From NCBI GenBank assembly GCA_963794645.1, contig CAWCEQ010000001.1, positions 281,722 to 345,721 of the forward strand: 64,000 nucleotides of DNA, read 5' to 3'. The position numbers were made by a program, and so were the translations under genes. A model generated the notes under the pieces. That model was not told where the DNA came from and ran no database searches. It saw only the letters and a list, made by a program, of their open reading frames with translations. This DNA is from Vulcanimicrobiota bacterium (GTDB lineage: Bacteria > Vulcanimicrobiota > Vulcanimicrobiia > Vulcanimicrobiales > Vulcanimicrobiaceae). Shown here piece after piece: positions 9,857 through 18,922 of this stretch. How positions within the stretch are numbered: the first letter of the stretch is position 1; each line of letters opens with the position of its first letter.

Positions 9857-11251
9857 CTAGTTGTCGTCGGGTGCGTGATAGTCGGGCGCCTGGTGCAAGA
9901 AGTAGGCCTTATCGTACTGCGCCTTGATGGTGTGAAACTTGCGCGGCGGCTTGCTGAAGTCGAACGCGTCCGTGGGTGAGTTCGCGCGCGTGTCGCTGGC
10001 GGACAGCCTGGGCAGCCCGAACTGATCCTCGGCGAACTTAAGGATACTGCCGTGCTCGTAGGGCGTCTCCGAGATGTAGCCCTTCTTCGCATACGGCGAA
10101 ACGATGATCATGGGGATGCGCATGCCGAGCCCGTCGTAGTCAACCAACGCGGGCGCGACGGGATCGAACCACCCGCCGTAGTCGTCCCAGAAAATGAAGA
10201 TCGCGGTGGAATTCCAGTACTTCGATTTGCCGATTGCGTTGACGAGCGAGGTGACCCACGAGGGGCCCGTTTTCGATCCGGAGCCGGCGTGATCGGAGTT
10301 GGTCCACGTCGGCGTGACCCAGCTCACGGCGCGCAGCTTGCCGCCGGTGATATCGGAGAAAATGTTCGTCTGCGGCCAGATAACGTCTTTGCTCCAATCC
10401 GGACCGCTGTAAACGGCTTCGTTTGCCTGATAGGCGCTCCAGATCTGGCCGACGTCGCGGCCGTTAACTTCGGAGGTGTAGAACGCCCACGGCAGGCCAG
10501 CGTTGTCGAGCTCGCTGCCGAGCGTGTCGTCGGTGAAGCAAGCTTGCTCGCTGCCGCTGATCGTGCGCTTCTGCGTCACCATCGGGACGACGTCGCTGGG
10601 CCCGCCTTCGCAGCCCCAGGAACCGTCCGGAAAGTTGACCGCCGACATCGCCTGCCCGGCGATGATGTACTGGTGCGAGATAAAGCTGCTCGCATCGTAG
10701 TTCGAGGCGAACATCTGGTCGGCGAGCACGTACTGCTTGGCCATTGCGAAGTAGGGCTGCGTCTCGCTGTTCGGGACGTAACTGTAGGGCGGATTGGAGT
10801 TCGGACATTTCGAGCCGTAGTGGCCGCAGCCCCAGTATTCGTTGTCGAAGCCGTTCATCTGGCAGTCGGTGCCGGGGAAACTGCCGGTGCCGTTGCAGGC
10901 GGAAAGAAACCCTTGAGCATCGTGCTCGATGTCCCACGTCGTCTCCAGCCCGACCGGCTGAAGCGTGATCTTATTGCCGTGCGTGTCGTAGCCGTACGTG
11001 GCGGTCGTCGCCCCGGGAAATCCGTAGAAGAGATTGTTGAAGCTTCGATTCTCCTGCACGATGATGACGACGTGCTTGATCTTGCCGGTCGTCGCGTGGT
11101 GACGGATACCGTGCATCATCTGCGGCAAGACCTGCGATTCGCCGGCCGGCCCCAACGAAGGCGCGGTCCCGCTCGGACCGCCGCAGGCCGTTAGAGCGAT
11201 AACCACGGCTGCGGCGCCCGCGCTGCGGATCGCTCGCTGGATCGGGTGCAT
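9857..11251 (-). CDS. Phosphoesterase-family lipoprotein (PLC/AcpA type), subtype B
   Basis: I prefer ATG 11251 (MHPIQRAIRS), which has GGGAGGAAA 9 nt upstream, over the track start 11272. It has lipobox LTACGG and the motif HVVIIVQENRSFNNLFYGFPGA. Subtype B markers are TPTWTNSDHAGSGS, WDDYGGWFDP and EDQFGLPRLSASD. Confidence 0.85.
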   Translation of the reverse strand: MHPIQRAIRSAGAAAVVIALTACGGPSGTAPSLGPAGESQVLPQMMHGIRHHATTGKIKHVVIIVQENRSFNNLFYGFPGATTATYGYDTHGNKITLQPVGLETTWDIEHDAQGFLSACNGTGSFPGTDCQMNGFDNEYWGCGHYGSKCPNSNPPYSYVPNSETQPYFAMAKQYVLADQMFASNYDASSFISHQYIIAGQAMSAVNFPDGSWGCEGGPSDVVPMVTQKRTISGSEQACFTDDTLGSELDNAGLPWAFYTSEVNGRDVGQIWSAYQANEAVYSGPDWSKDVIWPQTNIFSDITGGKLRAVSWVTPTWTNSDHAGSGSKTGPSWVTSLVNAIGKSKYWNSTAIFIFWDDYGGWFDPVAPALVDYDGLGMRIPMIIVSPYAKKGYISETPYEHGSILKFAEDQFGLPRLSASDTRANSPTDAFDFSKPPRKFHTIKAQYDKAYFLHQAPDYHAPDDN

Positions 11252-11286
11252 TACACGTTTCCTCCCTAGCAAGAGCGGTTCTGTGG

Positions 11287-12678
11287 CTACTCGTTGTCCG
11301 GCGGGCGCCGGTCCGGCGCCTGGTGCATGAAGTAGTCTTTCCCGAGCGTCGATTTGATCGGCTTAAATGGGCGCGGAGACTGATTGAAGTTGAAGGCGTC
11401 GGTGGGCGAGTTCGCGCGGGTGTCGCTGGCCGTGAGCCTGGGCAGTCCGAACGTGTCCTCGACGAACTTCAGAATGCTCCCGTGCTCCAAGGGCGTCTTC
11501 GTGATGTAGCCCTTCTTGGCGTACGGCGAGATGATAAGGAGAGGGATGCGCATTCCCAGACCGTCGTAGTCCACGAGTGCCGGCGCTACCGGGTCGAACC
11601 AGCCTCCGGGATCGTCCCACATGATGAAGATTGCGGTCGAATCCCAATACTGCGATTCGCCGATGGCGTTAACGAGCGAGGTCACCCACGCCGGACCGGT
11701 CTTCGATCCGCAGCCTGCATGGTCGGAGTTTTCGCAGGTCGGAGTGACCCAGCTCACGGCGCGCAGTTTGCCGTTCGAAACGTCGTTAAAGAAACTGGTC
11801 TGCGGCGTGATGATGTCTTTGCTCCAGTCGGGCCCGTAGTACACGTTCTGATTCGCCTGGTAGGCGCTCCAGATGTTGCCGTCGCCGTAGAGCGAGGCCG
11901 TGTAGAACGCCCACGGGACGTTCGCGTTATCGAGTTCCGCGCCGAGCGTATCGTCGTTGAAGCACGGGCGTTCGTGCCCGCTGATCTGGCGCTGTTGGGT
12001 GACCTCCGAAATCGTCTCGCCCGAACCGCCGTCGCAGCCCCAGGCCCCGTTCGGATAGTTGACCGCCGACATCGCCTGCCCGGCGATAATGTACTGATGC
12101 GAGATGAAGCTGCTCTCGTCGAAGTTCGAGGCGAACATCTCGTCGGCGAGCACGTACTGCTTGGCCATCGCGAAGTAGGGTTTCGTCTCGGAGTGCGGGA
12201 CGTAGCTGTACGGGGGGTTCTTGTTCGGGCACTGCGGCTGGCCCGACTTGCCGCAGCCCCAATACTCCTGGTCGAACCCGTTCATCTGGCAGTCCGTTCC
12301 CGGGAAACTGCCCGTGCCGTTGCAGCCCTGGAAGAACGCGGTCGAACTGTGATCGAGATCCCACGTCGTCTCCAGGCCGATCGGCTGGAGAGCGATCTTA
12401 TTCCCGTGCGTGTCGTAGCCGTACTTCGCCGTCTTCGCGCCCGGAAATCCGTAGAACAAATTGTTGAAGCTGCGATTTTCTTGAACGATGATGACGATGT
12501 GCGATATTTTTCCGCTCGTGGCGTGATGCCGGATGCCGTGCATCATGTCCGGCGAGGTTTGCGCGGTGCCGGCGGGCCCCAGCGTCGGCGTCGTGACGCC
12601 GGCTCCGCCGCAAGCGGCGAACGCGAACAGTGTGGCTCCGGCGCCCAGCGTACGCAGCGCATGTCGGATACGAAGCAT
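11287..12678 (-). CDS. Phosphoesterase-family lipoprotein (PLC/AcpA type), subtype A
   Basis: ATG start with GAGGAG upstream and lipobox FAACGG. It has the motif HIVIIVQENRSFNNLFYGFPGA. Subtype A markers are TPTCENSDHAGCGS, WDDPGGWFDP and EDTFGLPRLTASD. Confidence 0.85.
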   Translation of the reverse strand: MLRIRHALRTLGAGATLFAFAACGGAGVTTPTLGPAGTAQTSPDMMHGIRHHATSGKISHIVIIVQENRSFNNLFYGFPGAKTAKYGYDTHGNKIALQPIGLETTWDLDHSSTAFFQGCNGTGSFPGTDCQMNGFDQEYWGCGKSGQPQCPNKNPPYSYVPHSETKPYFAMAKQYVLADEMFASNFDESSFISHQYIIAGQAMSAVNYPNGAWGCDGGSGETISEVTQQRQISGHERPCFNDDTLGAELDNANVPWAFYTASLYGDGNIWSAYQANQNVYYGPDWSKDIITPQTSFFNDVSNGKLRAVSWVTPTCENSDHAGCGSKTGPAWVTSLVNAIGESQYWDSTAIFIMWDDPGGWFDPVAPALVDYDGLGMRIPLLIISPYAKKGYITKTPLEHGSILKFVEDTFGLPRLTASDTRANSPTDAFNFNQSPRPFKPIKSTLGKDYFMHQAPDRRPPDNE

Positions 12679-12805
12679 CGGCCGCTCCTCTAGTTTCGTA
12701 GCAAGTGAACTACGACAAAGAGTTAGACGCTCGCCGGTAAAATCCCCGAACGCGCAAAATGGTGACGCGCATCACTTTTTTGTGCGCGCGCGATGCGCGC
12801 TTGCG

Positions 12806-14200
12806 TTACTCGGTATCCGGGGGCGCGTGATCCGGGGGCTGTTGCAGGAAGTACGCTTTGTCGAGCTTGGCCTGAATCGGATGGAACTTGCGCGGGGGCT
12901 TGCTGAAATCGAAGCAGTCGCCGGCGGGCGAGTTCGCGCGCGAGTCGCTCGCAGAGAGTCTCGGCAGGCCGAACTGATCCTCGACGAAGCGGAGAATGCT
13001 CCCGTGCTCGAACGGCGTCTCCGAGACGTAGCCCTTCTTCGCATACGGCGAAACGATCAGCATCGGGAGCCGCACGCCGAGCCCGTCGTAGTCGACCATC
13101 GCCGGCGCCACCGGGTCGAACCAGCCGCCGTAGTCGTCCCAGAAGATGAAGATGGCCGTGGAATCCCAGTACTTCGATTCGCCGATTGCGTTGACGAGCG
13201 AAGCGACCCAGGCCGGACCGGTAGCCGAACCCGAGCCGGCATGGTCTGAGTTCGTCCAGGTCGGCGTCACCCAGCTCACGCTGCGCAGCTTTCCGGCCGA
13301 AACGTCGCTGAAAAAGTTCGTCTGCGGCGTGCTGATGTCGGTCTTCCAATCCGAACCATAGTAGACGCTCCTATTGGCCTGATACGCGCTCCAAATCGCC
13401 CCGAGGTTCTGCGTCCCAAACAGGGTCGTCGTATAGAAGGCCCAGGGCAATCCGGCGTTGTCGAGTTCGGCACCGAGCGAATCGTCGTCGAAGCAGGCTT
13501 GTTCCGATCCGCGGATCTTGCGTTTGCCGGTGAGCATCGAGATCGTATCGCCCGAGCCTCCCTCGCAGCCCCACGTGCCGATCGGATAGTTGACGGATTC
13601 CATCGCCTGCCCGGCGATGATGTACTGGTGCGAGACGAAACTGCTCGCATCGAAGTTCGAAGCGAACATCCGATCGGCCAGCACGTACTGCTTGGCCATC
13701 TCGAAGTACGGCTTCGTCTCCGAATGCGGCACGTAACTGTACGGCGGATTTTTATTCGGGCACGGCGGATCGCCGGATTTGCCGCAGCTCCAGCTCTCTT
13801 TGTCGAAGCCGTCCATGCGGCAGTCGGTGCCCGGCAGACTTCCGGTGCCGTCGCATGCCGCGAAGAAGTCGGCCGCCGCGTGCGAGATATCCCAGCCGGT
13901 CTCTAGGCCGACCGGCTGAAGCGCGATCTTTTTGCCGTGCGTATCGTACCCGTACGTCGCGGTCGTGGCGCCCGGGTAGCCGTAGAACAAATTATTGAAG
14001 CTGCGGTTCTCTTGAATGATGATGACGACGTGCTGGATCTTCCCGCTCGTGGCTCGATGCCGAATTCCGTGCATGAACTGCGCACTCTGCGCGTTCGCCT
14101 CGACCGGCGGCGACGAACCGCCGGCACCGCCGCACGCGGCGAGGAGCAGCAGGACGGCTGCGGCCCCGGCGGCGCGAACGACGAGATGGACACGGCGCAT
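12806..14200 (-). CDS. Phosphoesterase-family lipoprotein (PLC/AcpA type), subtype B
   Basis: ATG start with AAGGAGAG upstream and lipobox LAACGG. It has the motif HVVIIIQENRSFNNLFYGYPGA. Subtype B markers are TPTWTNSDHAGSGS, WDDYGGWFDP and EDQFGLPRLSASD. Confidence 0.85.
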   Translation of the reverse strand: MRRVHLVVRAAGAAAVLLLLAACGGAGGSSPPVEANAQSAQFMHGIRHRATSGKIQHVVIIIQENRSFNNLFYGYPGATTATYGYDTHGKKIALQPVGLETGWDISHAAADFFAACDGTGSLPGTDCRMDGFDKESWSCGKSGDPPCPNKNPPYSYVPHSETKPYFEMAKQYVLADRMFASNFDASSFVSHQYIIAGQAMESVNYPIGTWGCEGGSGDTISMLTGKRKIRGSEQACFDDDSLGAELDNAGLPWAFYTTTLFGTQNLGAIWSAYQANRSVYYGSDWKTDISTPQTNFFSDVSAGKLRSVSWVTPTWTNSDHAGSGSATGPAWVASLVNAIGESKYWDSTAIFIFWDDYGGWFDPVAPAMVDYDGLGVRLPMLIVSPYAKKGYVSETPFEHGSILRFVEDQFGLPRLSASDSRANSPAGDCFDFSKPPRKFHPIQAKLDKAYFLQQPPDHAPPDTE

Positions 14201-14238
14201 CGAGCGCTCTCCTTACGGCGGCTGGTGAAGGAGAGAGG

Positions 14239-15003
14239 CTACGACGGGCGCGGGCAGATTCCCACAAGACCGTCCCAGAACCCCGCGACCGCATCGAGCA
14301 TCGCGCAGCCCGCCTGAAGAAAACGCTCCGGCGAGAAGCCGGGTTTGGCGAAGGCCTCGGCCAGTTCGTCGCTCGTGTGCGACGCATGCTCGGCTTCGAG
14401 CGCGTCGTGCCACGTCCAGAAGCCCAACGGCAGATCCGGCAAGCGCTCGGCCTTCACGTGCCGCAAGCCCGCGATGAGCTGCTTCCAGAACCCCGCCGCC
14501 GCCCAGTTTTCGATCGCATACGACGCACCCGCCGCCGTGGATTCATCGTCCGAGCCGTACCACTGCATGAGCGCGTCGCAGAAAGCCAGCGTGCTCGGGC
14601 TCCCGTGCGAGCGCTTCCCGATCTCCCGCCACTGCAAACCGAGCGCGGCCGCGAAATCCGCGAGCCATTCGAAGTGCCCTGCCGTGAAGCGGAACGTGCC
14701 GCCGTCAACGCTGCCGGTGCGCGCGAACGTCACGCCCAGCTCGTTAAGGAGGATCTCTTTGCCGGCGCGATAGGCCTGACGATCCGGCGCGTTAATGCAC
14801 TTGCGCAGCTGCGCTTCGATGAAGAGATGGCTGAAGACGGAGAACTGCACCGCGAATGCCCGCAGTTCTTCCAGCGAAGCATCGCCTTGCTCGAACCACG
14901 CGAGGTAGCGGTTGCGGCGTACGACCGCGTGCGATTCGATCGTTTCTTCGACGATCGCCTTAAACTCGCCGAGCGTCTGCGGCGGGTCGAGAACGGTGGT
15001 CAT
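14239..15003 (-). CDS. Heme-oxygenase-like fold, iron-containing redox enzyme family protein (PqqC/TenA/CADD-like), cytoplasmic
   Basis: I prefer ATG 15003 (MTTVLDPPQ), which has GGAGG 5 nt upstream, over the track start 15051. The protein is all-helical with E/H-rich motifs (FSHLFIEAQL, YAIENWAAAGFW, HDALEAEHASH) and no signal peptide. Confidence 0.55.
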   Translation of the reverse strand: MTTVLDPPQTLGEFKAIVEETIESHAVVRRNRYLAWFEQGDASLEELRAFAVQFSVFSHLFIEAQLRKCINAPDRQAYRAGKEILLNELGVTFARTGSVDGGTFRFTAGHFEWLADFAAALGLQWREIGKRSHGSPSTLAFCDALMQWYGSDDESTAAGASYAIENWAAAGFWKQLIAGLRHVKAERLPDLPLGFWTWHDALEAEHASHTSDELAEAFAKPGFSPERFLQAGCAMLDAVAGFWDGLVGICPRPS

Positions 15004-15017
15004 GAGTTCCTCCAAAT

Positions 15018-15048
15018 AAAAAAAACCGCCTCGCATCGGCGAGGCGGT
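15018..15048 (-). terminator. Rho-independent terminator downstream of the amidohydrolase gene, directly abutting the next gene's RBS
   Basis: The minus strand reads ACCGCCTCGC-CGAT-GCGAGGCGGT followed by 8 T. That is a 10-bp GC-rich stem, a 4-nt loop and a U-tract at 15025..15018. The GGAGG at 15013..15009 and ATG at 15003 follow immediately. Confidence 0.85.
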
Positions 15049-15204
15049 CATACGTTCGTGCGATTCGTTCGCTTCTACGTCAATGCAACGCCGAGCCGAT
15101 AGCAGTCCAAGCGGCTATAATAATACGAGGCGGCGTTGTAGGATGCGAACATCTTGCTGGCTACGCTACCACAGGGGCGAAGCAGTTGCAAGAGCCCGCC
15201 GCGA
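15049..15204 (-). promoter_or_regulatory. Candidate regulatory leader (promoter-like boxes plus 25-codon Tyr-rich mini-ORF) upstream of the terminator
   Basis: Promoter-like boxes are TTGCAA-17 nt-TAGCGT (15191..15163) and TTCGCA-18 nt-TATTAT (15149..15120). The mini-ORF at 15152..15075 encodes MFASYNAASYYYSRLDCYRLGVALT. The octamer CCGCCTCG inside it repeats the 5' arm of the terminator. Confidence 0.3.
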
Positions 15205-17055
15205 TTATCCCGGAGTCGCCGCGCTATACGCAAGGCCGTCCGCCGTCCCCACGAGGTTCGGGAGCGCCGATGCCTCCGCCGCCGGCGCTTGCGCCGGTGC
15301 CGGAATCAGCCGGCCTTCGAATACGCAGCCCCACACGGGAATGTCCTTGAGCGCGGCGGCCGCCACTGCAAACGGATCCTGGTCGAGGATCGTAAAGTCG
15401 GCGACCTTTCCCGGCGCGATGCTGCCCAGTTCGCGTTCTTTGCCAAGAATGAACGCGGACTCGATCGTCACCGCTCGGAGCGCGCGTTCGACGCCGATGC
15501 GCTGCTGGGGTGCCGCCGTGCGGCCGGAGAGCGTCGTGCGATTGACGGCGCACCATACCAAGAAGAGCGGATCGGCGGGCGCCATCGGCATATCGGAATG
15601 CAGGCCGATCGCCATCGGCGTCTTGGCGACCGAGCCCAAACGCACCATCTCGTCGGCTCGCTCCGGCCCGAGGCCCGCGCCGGCGTAACGGTCCGCCAAT
15701 GCGGTGACGTAGTACGGATTCGCGCTGATCGAAGCCCCGAGTGCGGCAAGATCGCGAACCTGCTCGTCGGTAGAGACGGCGAAATGCACGACCGTGAACC
15801 GATGGTCGGTCCGAGGATTCGCGGCCATCCGTTCGCGCAGCGTCTCGATCACGACGCGCAGCCCCTCGTCGCCGTTGACGTGCGTGTGAATCTGAAAGCC
15901 AGCGTCCCAGTAGAGACGGAACGCGGCGGCGTAGTCGCGGGGTTCGGCGATCCACTGCCCGTCGTGCCCGTCTGCGTACGGCTGTTGCAATTGCATGAGC
16001 TGCGAAAAGATCGCGCCGTCGCAAAAGAGCTTGACTTGCTGGGGAAGCCAGCTCACGCGGCCTCTGCCCCAGGAAGCATACGCTTGCGTCTGCTCCACGA
16101 GCGTTGGGAGGCGTTCTTTGTGCCGTTCGTAGAGCGCTCTCCCGTCAGGCACGAAGAACGTGCGAAAACTCGCATCCGGCTCGTTGAGACTCGCCTCCCA
16201 GAAGTCTTGGATCTTGCGGATCATCTGCGTGCCGGGTTCGCAGATCGTCGTGATGCCCTTCGAGAGGAGATAGCTCTTGAAGATTCGCATGCCGCTGCGC
16301 GCGCGTTCGGGCGCGAGCAAGTCGGCCGCGAGGAAGGGTACGACGAGCTCCAGCCCCTTTTCGAAGAAGTGGCCCTCCTCCCAGCTGCACTGCTCGGAGG
16401 CCAGGCCCTTACCGTGTAGAGCGCGTTCCTCGATGCCGTACTTGCGCAGGGCGGCCGAGTTCAAGACGAACTCATGGCACGAGCGATGCCAGATCACCAC
16501 GGGCCGTTCGCCCGCGATTGCATCGAGCTGGGGGCGGCGAATCGTTCCGTGAAAATCGTGATGGTATCCCCAAGTGAAAAGCGTCTCGTCGGGGCGATCC
16601 CCGCGGCGTTCGAGCGCCTCCCGCAGGCGCGAAACGTACGCGTTGCCGTCCGGAGCCGCCGCCACGAACTGTCCCGGCAGGCGCCAGTCCTCGATCGCGA
16701 TGATCTCCACGGCCATCGCCAAGCCGCCGAGCAGCGGATGGATGTGGTGCTCGATAAACCCCGGCAGCACGAACTTCTCTTCGACGGTGCGGTCTATCGT
16801 GCAAGCACCTTCGCCGCCGGCCGCGCGCACGACGTCGTCGTAAGCACCTACCGCGACTATGCGTCCGCCTCGCACGGCGACGGCCGTCGCGTCCGGCGTA
16901 TCCGCTTCCATCGTGATGACGCGTTTTGCCGCGTAGACGACCGTGTGCGCGGCGCCCGCACCCGAACCGCTCCCGCCCACGATGAGTTCGCTATGCGGGA
17001 ACCCGGCGGCGAGTGCTTCAGAGATCGGACTGCAGCACGAGCACGAGCGCATCAT
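15205..17055 (-). CDS. Metal-dependent amidohydrolase (Amidohydro_3 / YtcJ-like)
   Basis: It has the HxH metal motif FIEHHIHPLLGG, plus HTHVNGDEG and GLHSDMP. The start ATGATG at 17055 overlaps the selB TGA (ATGA coupling). The track start 17124 lies inside selB. An internal GTG at IVGG is an alternative start. Confidence 0.8.
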   Translation of the reverse strand: MMRSCSCCSPISEALAAGFPHSELIVGGSGSGAGAAHTVVYAAKRVITMEADTPDATAVAVRGGRIVAVGAYDDVVRAAGGEGACTIDRTVEEKFVLPGFIEHHIHPLLGGLAMAVEIIAIEDWRLPGQFVAAAPDGNAYVSRLREALERRGDRPDETLFTWGYHHDFHGTIRRPQLDAIAGERPVVIWHRSCHEFVLNSAALRKYGIEERALHGKGLASEQCSWEEGHFFEKGLELVVPFLAADLLAPERARSGMRIFKSYLLSKGITTICEPGTQMIRKIQDFWEASLNEPDASFRTFFVPDGRALYERHKERLPTLVEQTQAYASWGRGRVSWLPQQVKLFCDGAIFSQLMQLQQPYADGHDGQWIAEPRDYAAAFRLYWDAGFQIHTHVNGDEGLRVVIETLRERMAANPRTDHRFTVVHFAVSTDEQVRDLAALGASISANPYYVTALADRYAGAGLGPERADEMVRLGSVAKTPMAIGLHSDMPMAPADPLFLVWCAVNRTTLSGRTAAPQQRIGVERALRAVTIESAFILGKERELGSIAPGKVADFTILDQDPFAVAAAALKDIPVWGCVFEGRLIPAPAQAPAAEASALPNLVGTADGLAYSAATPG

Positions 17056-18920
17056 GACGGGCGGCTTCTTCTCAACGTACGGTAGTCCCCGTCGCGGATG
17101 GTGACGCCGTGGCCGTCCAGCCACTCGAGCAGCGGGACGGCGTACTTGCGCGACGTGCCCACGATGTCGCGAAACTCGGCGGCCGTCATGCGCGCGCGCT
17201 CTCCGAGGTAGGTTTCGACGCGCGAGCGGATCGCGCCGATCTGCGAGCCGCGATAGAGATCCTCGCCAACCTTTACGAACCCGCCGCGCACGAGCATCGT
17301 ATCGAATGCTTTAGCCGCTCCGGGAACCGCGGAGCCGCGCACGGCGGCGAGCGCCGGTGCGAAGGGAACGGGAAGAAACGGCCGGTCGGGATCCGCCGGC
17401 GCGATGCGATCGAACAGCGCACGTTGTTCGCGCGTGAAGGCCGGCTGATAGTCGAGCGTCGCGTAGTAGCCGGCGCGCGCGGCGAGGCGTCCTTCCTCAA
17501 CGAAGCAGGCTGCGAGCCGGACGAACTGCGTCTCGGGGACGTCGAGTGCGCGTGCGAGTGCGATCGAGGTCGCGCCCATCGCCCAGGGCTCGGCCTCCTG
17601 CGTTCGTTCGAGCTGCGCGAGGATGCCGGCGAGCAGGGCGCGCGCCGTCACGGCATCCGCGTAGCCCGCCGGACGCGCGAGCCGCACGGCATCCCCGCTC
17701 TCGACCAGCGCGTCGAGCGCGAGGGCTGCCGTATCTTCCCGCAGGTTGGCTGCGGATGCGACCGCCGCCGTGCCCGCTCCCTCGATGCCGCAGGCGCGTA
17801 AGACCGCGAGCGCGGCTTCTTCGTTTGGACGCGCGCCCGCCGCCCCGGCCGCGGCCTCGACGATCTCAACGTAGCCGCCGCCGAGCAGCGTCTTGGGTGA
17901 GGGTCGCCGCACGACGAAGCGCACGCCCGGAAATGCGACGACATCCTCGCGCAGGAGCAGCCGCGCGGCGGCCTCGCCGGGTTGCGTCGGAACGTTCTCA
18001 AAGGCAAGCGTACCGAGAATCTCGGCCGAACCGACGTACGCACGCACGGGCGTGCGGCGCCGCAGCAGGTGCAACGCCTCCTCGAGCGGCGAGAACCGCA
18101 CGCGCAGCACGCTCTGAGCGTGCAGTTCCGGCGCGACGACGGCCTGCCCGCGGGCGAGGGCGCCGCGATCGAGCCCGGGGAGGCTCAGCGCGACGCGCGT
18201 TCCGGCTGCGACCCGCGCGCGCGCCTCGCCGAAGACGCCGATGCTCCGTACGTGCGCGAGCGCTCCGCCCGGCTCGATCGCGAGCGCCGCGCCGGTCTCG
18301 ATCCTGCCCTGCATGAGCGTGCCGGTCACAACCGTCCCGAGCCCCGGCAGCGTGAAGGCGCGGTCTATCGGCAGGTAGACGGGCGCGTCGGCCCGCGGCG
18401 CCGGCAGCGCGGCGAGCTCGTCGTGGAGCGCCTCGCGCAGCTCGTTCAAGCCTTCGCCGGTCAGCGCTGAGAGTGCGTAGAGCGGCGCATCCCGCGCGAT
18501 CGTTCCGTGCAGTTGGGCCGCGATCCGCGCCGTCGCCGGCGCGCGCTCGTCCTGCGGCACGAGATCTATCTTCGATACGGCGACGATCGTGCGGCGAACG
18601 TTCAGGAACTGCAGGACGTGCAAGTGCTCGAGCGTCTGCGGCATGACCCCCTCGCGAGCGTCCACAACCAGCAGCAGGAGTTCCATACCGGCCGCGCCGG
18701 CCAGCATGTTGTGCAGGAAGCGTTCGTGCCCGGGAACGTCCACGATCCCGGCTTCGACGCCGTCGTCGAAGCGCAGATGCGCAAAGCCGAGATCGAGCGT
18801 CATGCCGCGCTCGCGCTCTTCCGCCCAGCGATCGGGGTTCGTGCCGGTCAGCGCGGCGATGAGCGCCGACTTTCCGTGATCCACGTGCCCCGCCGTGCCG
18901 ACGATGTGCAAGCGGTGCAC
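17052..18920 (-). CDS. selB: Selenocysteine-specific translation elongation factor SelB
   Basis: It has the N-terminal GTPase motifs GTAGHVDHGKS, DVPGHERF and SKIDL. It has the C-terminal winged-helix signature RKYAVPLLEWLD, and the 622-aa length is typical. The GTG start lies 3 nt after the upstream stop. Confidence 0.9.
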   Translation of the reverse strand: MHRLHIVGTAGHVDHGKSALIAALTGTNPDRWAEERERGMTLDLGFAHLRFDDGVEAGIVDVPGHERFLHNMLAGAAGMELLLLVVDAREGVMPQTLEHLHVLQFLNVRRTIVAVSKIDLVPQDERAPATARIAAQLHGTIARDAPLYALSALTGEGLNELREALHDELAALPAPRADAPVYLPIDRAFTLPGLGTVVTGTLMQGRIETGAALAIEPGGALAHVRSIGVFGEARARVAAGTRVALSLPGLDRGALARGQAVVAPELHAQSVLRVRFSPLEEALHLLRRRTPVRAYVGSAEILGTLAFENVPTQPGEAAARLLLREDVVAFPGVRFVVRRPSPKTLLGGGYVEIVEAAAGAAGARPNEEAALAVLRACGIEGAGTAAVASAANLREDTAALALDALVESGDAVRLARPAGYADAVTARALLAGILAQLERTQEAEPWAMGATSIALARALDVPETQFVRLAACFVEEGRLAARAGYYATLDYQPAFTREQRALFDRIAPADPDRPFLPVPFAPALAAVRGSAVPGAAKAFDTMLVRGGFVKVGEDLYRGSQIGAIRSRVETYLGERARMTAAEFRDIVGTSRKYAVPLLEWLDGHGVTIRDGDYRTLRRSRPS

Positions 18921-18922
18921 TC

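Noticed and set aside
12679-12805. Terminator and/or Pho-box promoter in the 127-nt gap between phosphoesterase genes
   Set aside because: The gap contains only weak hairpins (GCGCGC-ATC-GCGCGC, and GTGA-N6-TCAC followed by 4 T) and a single GTTCAC hexamer. This is not enough to call either feature.
15049-15204. Match of the leader to known riboswitch classes (TPP because of the TenA-like fold downstream, or purine because of a TATA-rich junction)
   Set aside because: I could not find the conserved TPP (CUGAGA ... ACCUGAUCUGGAUAAUGCCAGCG) or purine-aptamer cores by eye. It is therefore not assigned to any known class.
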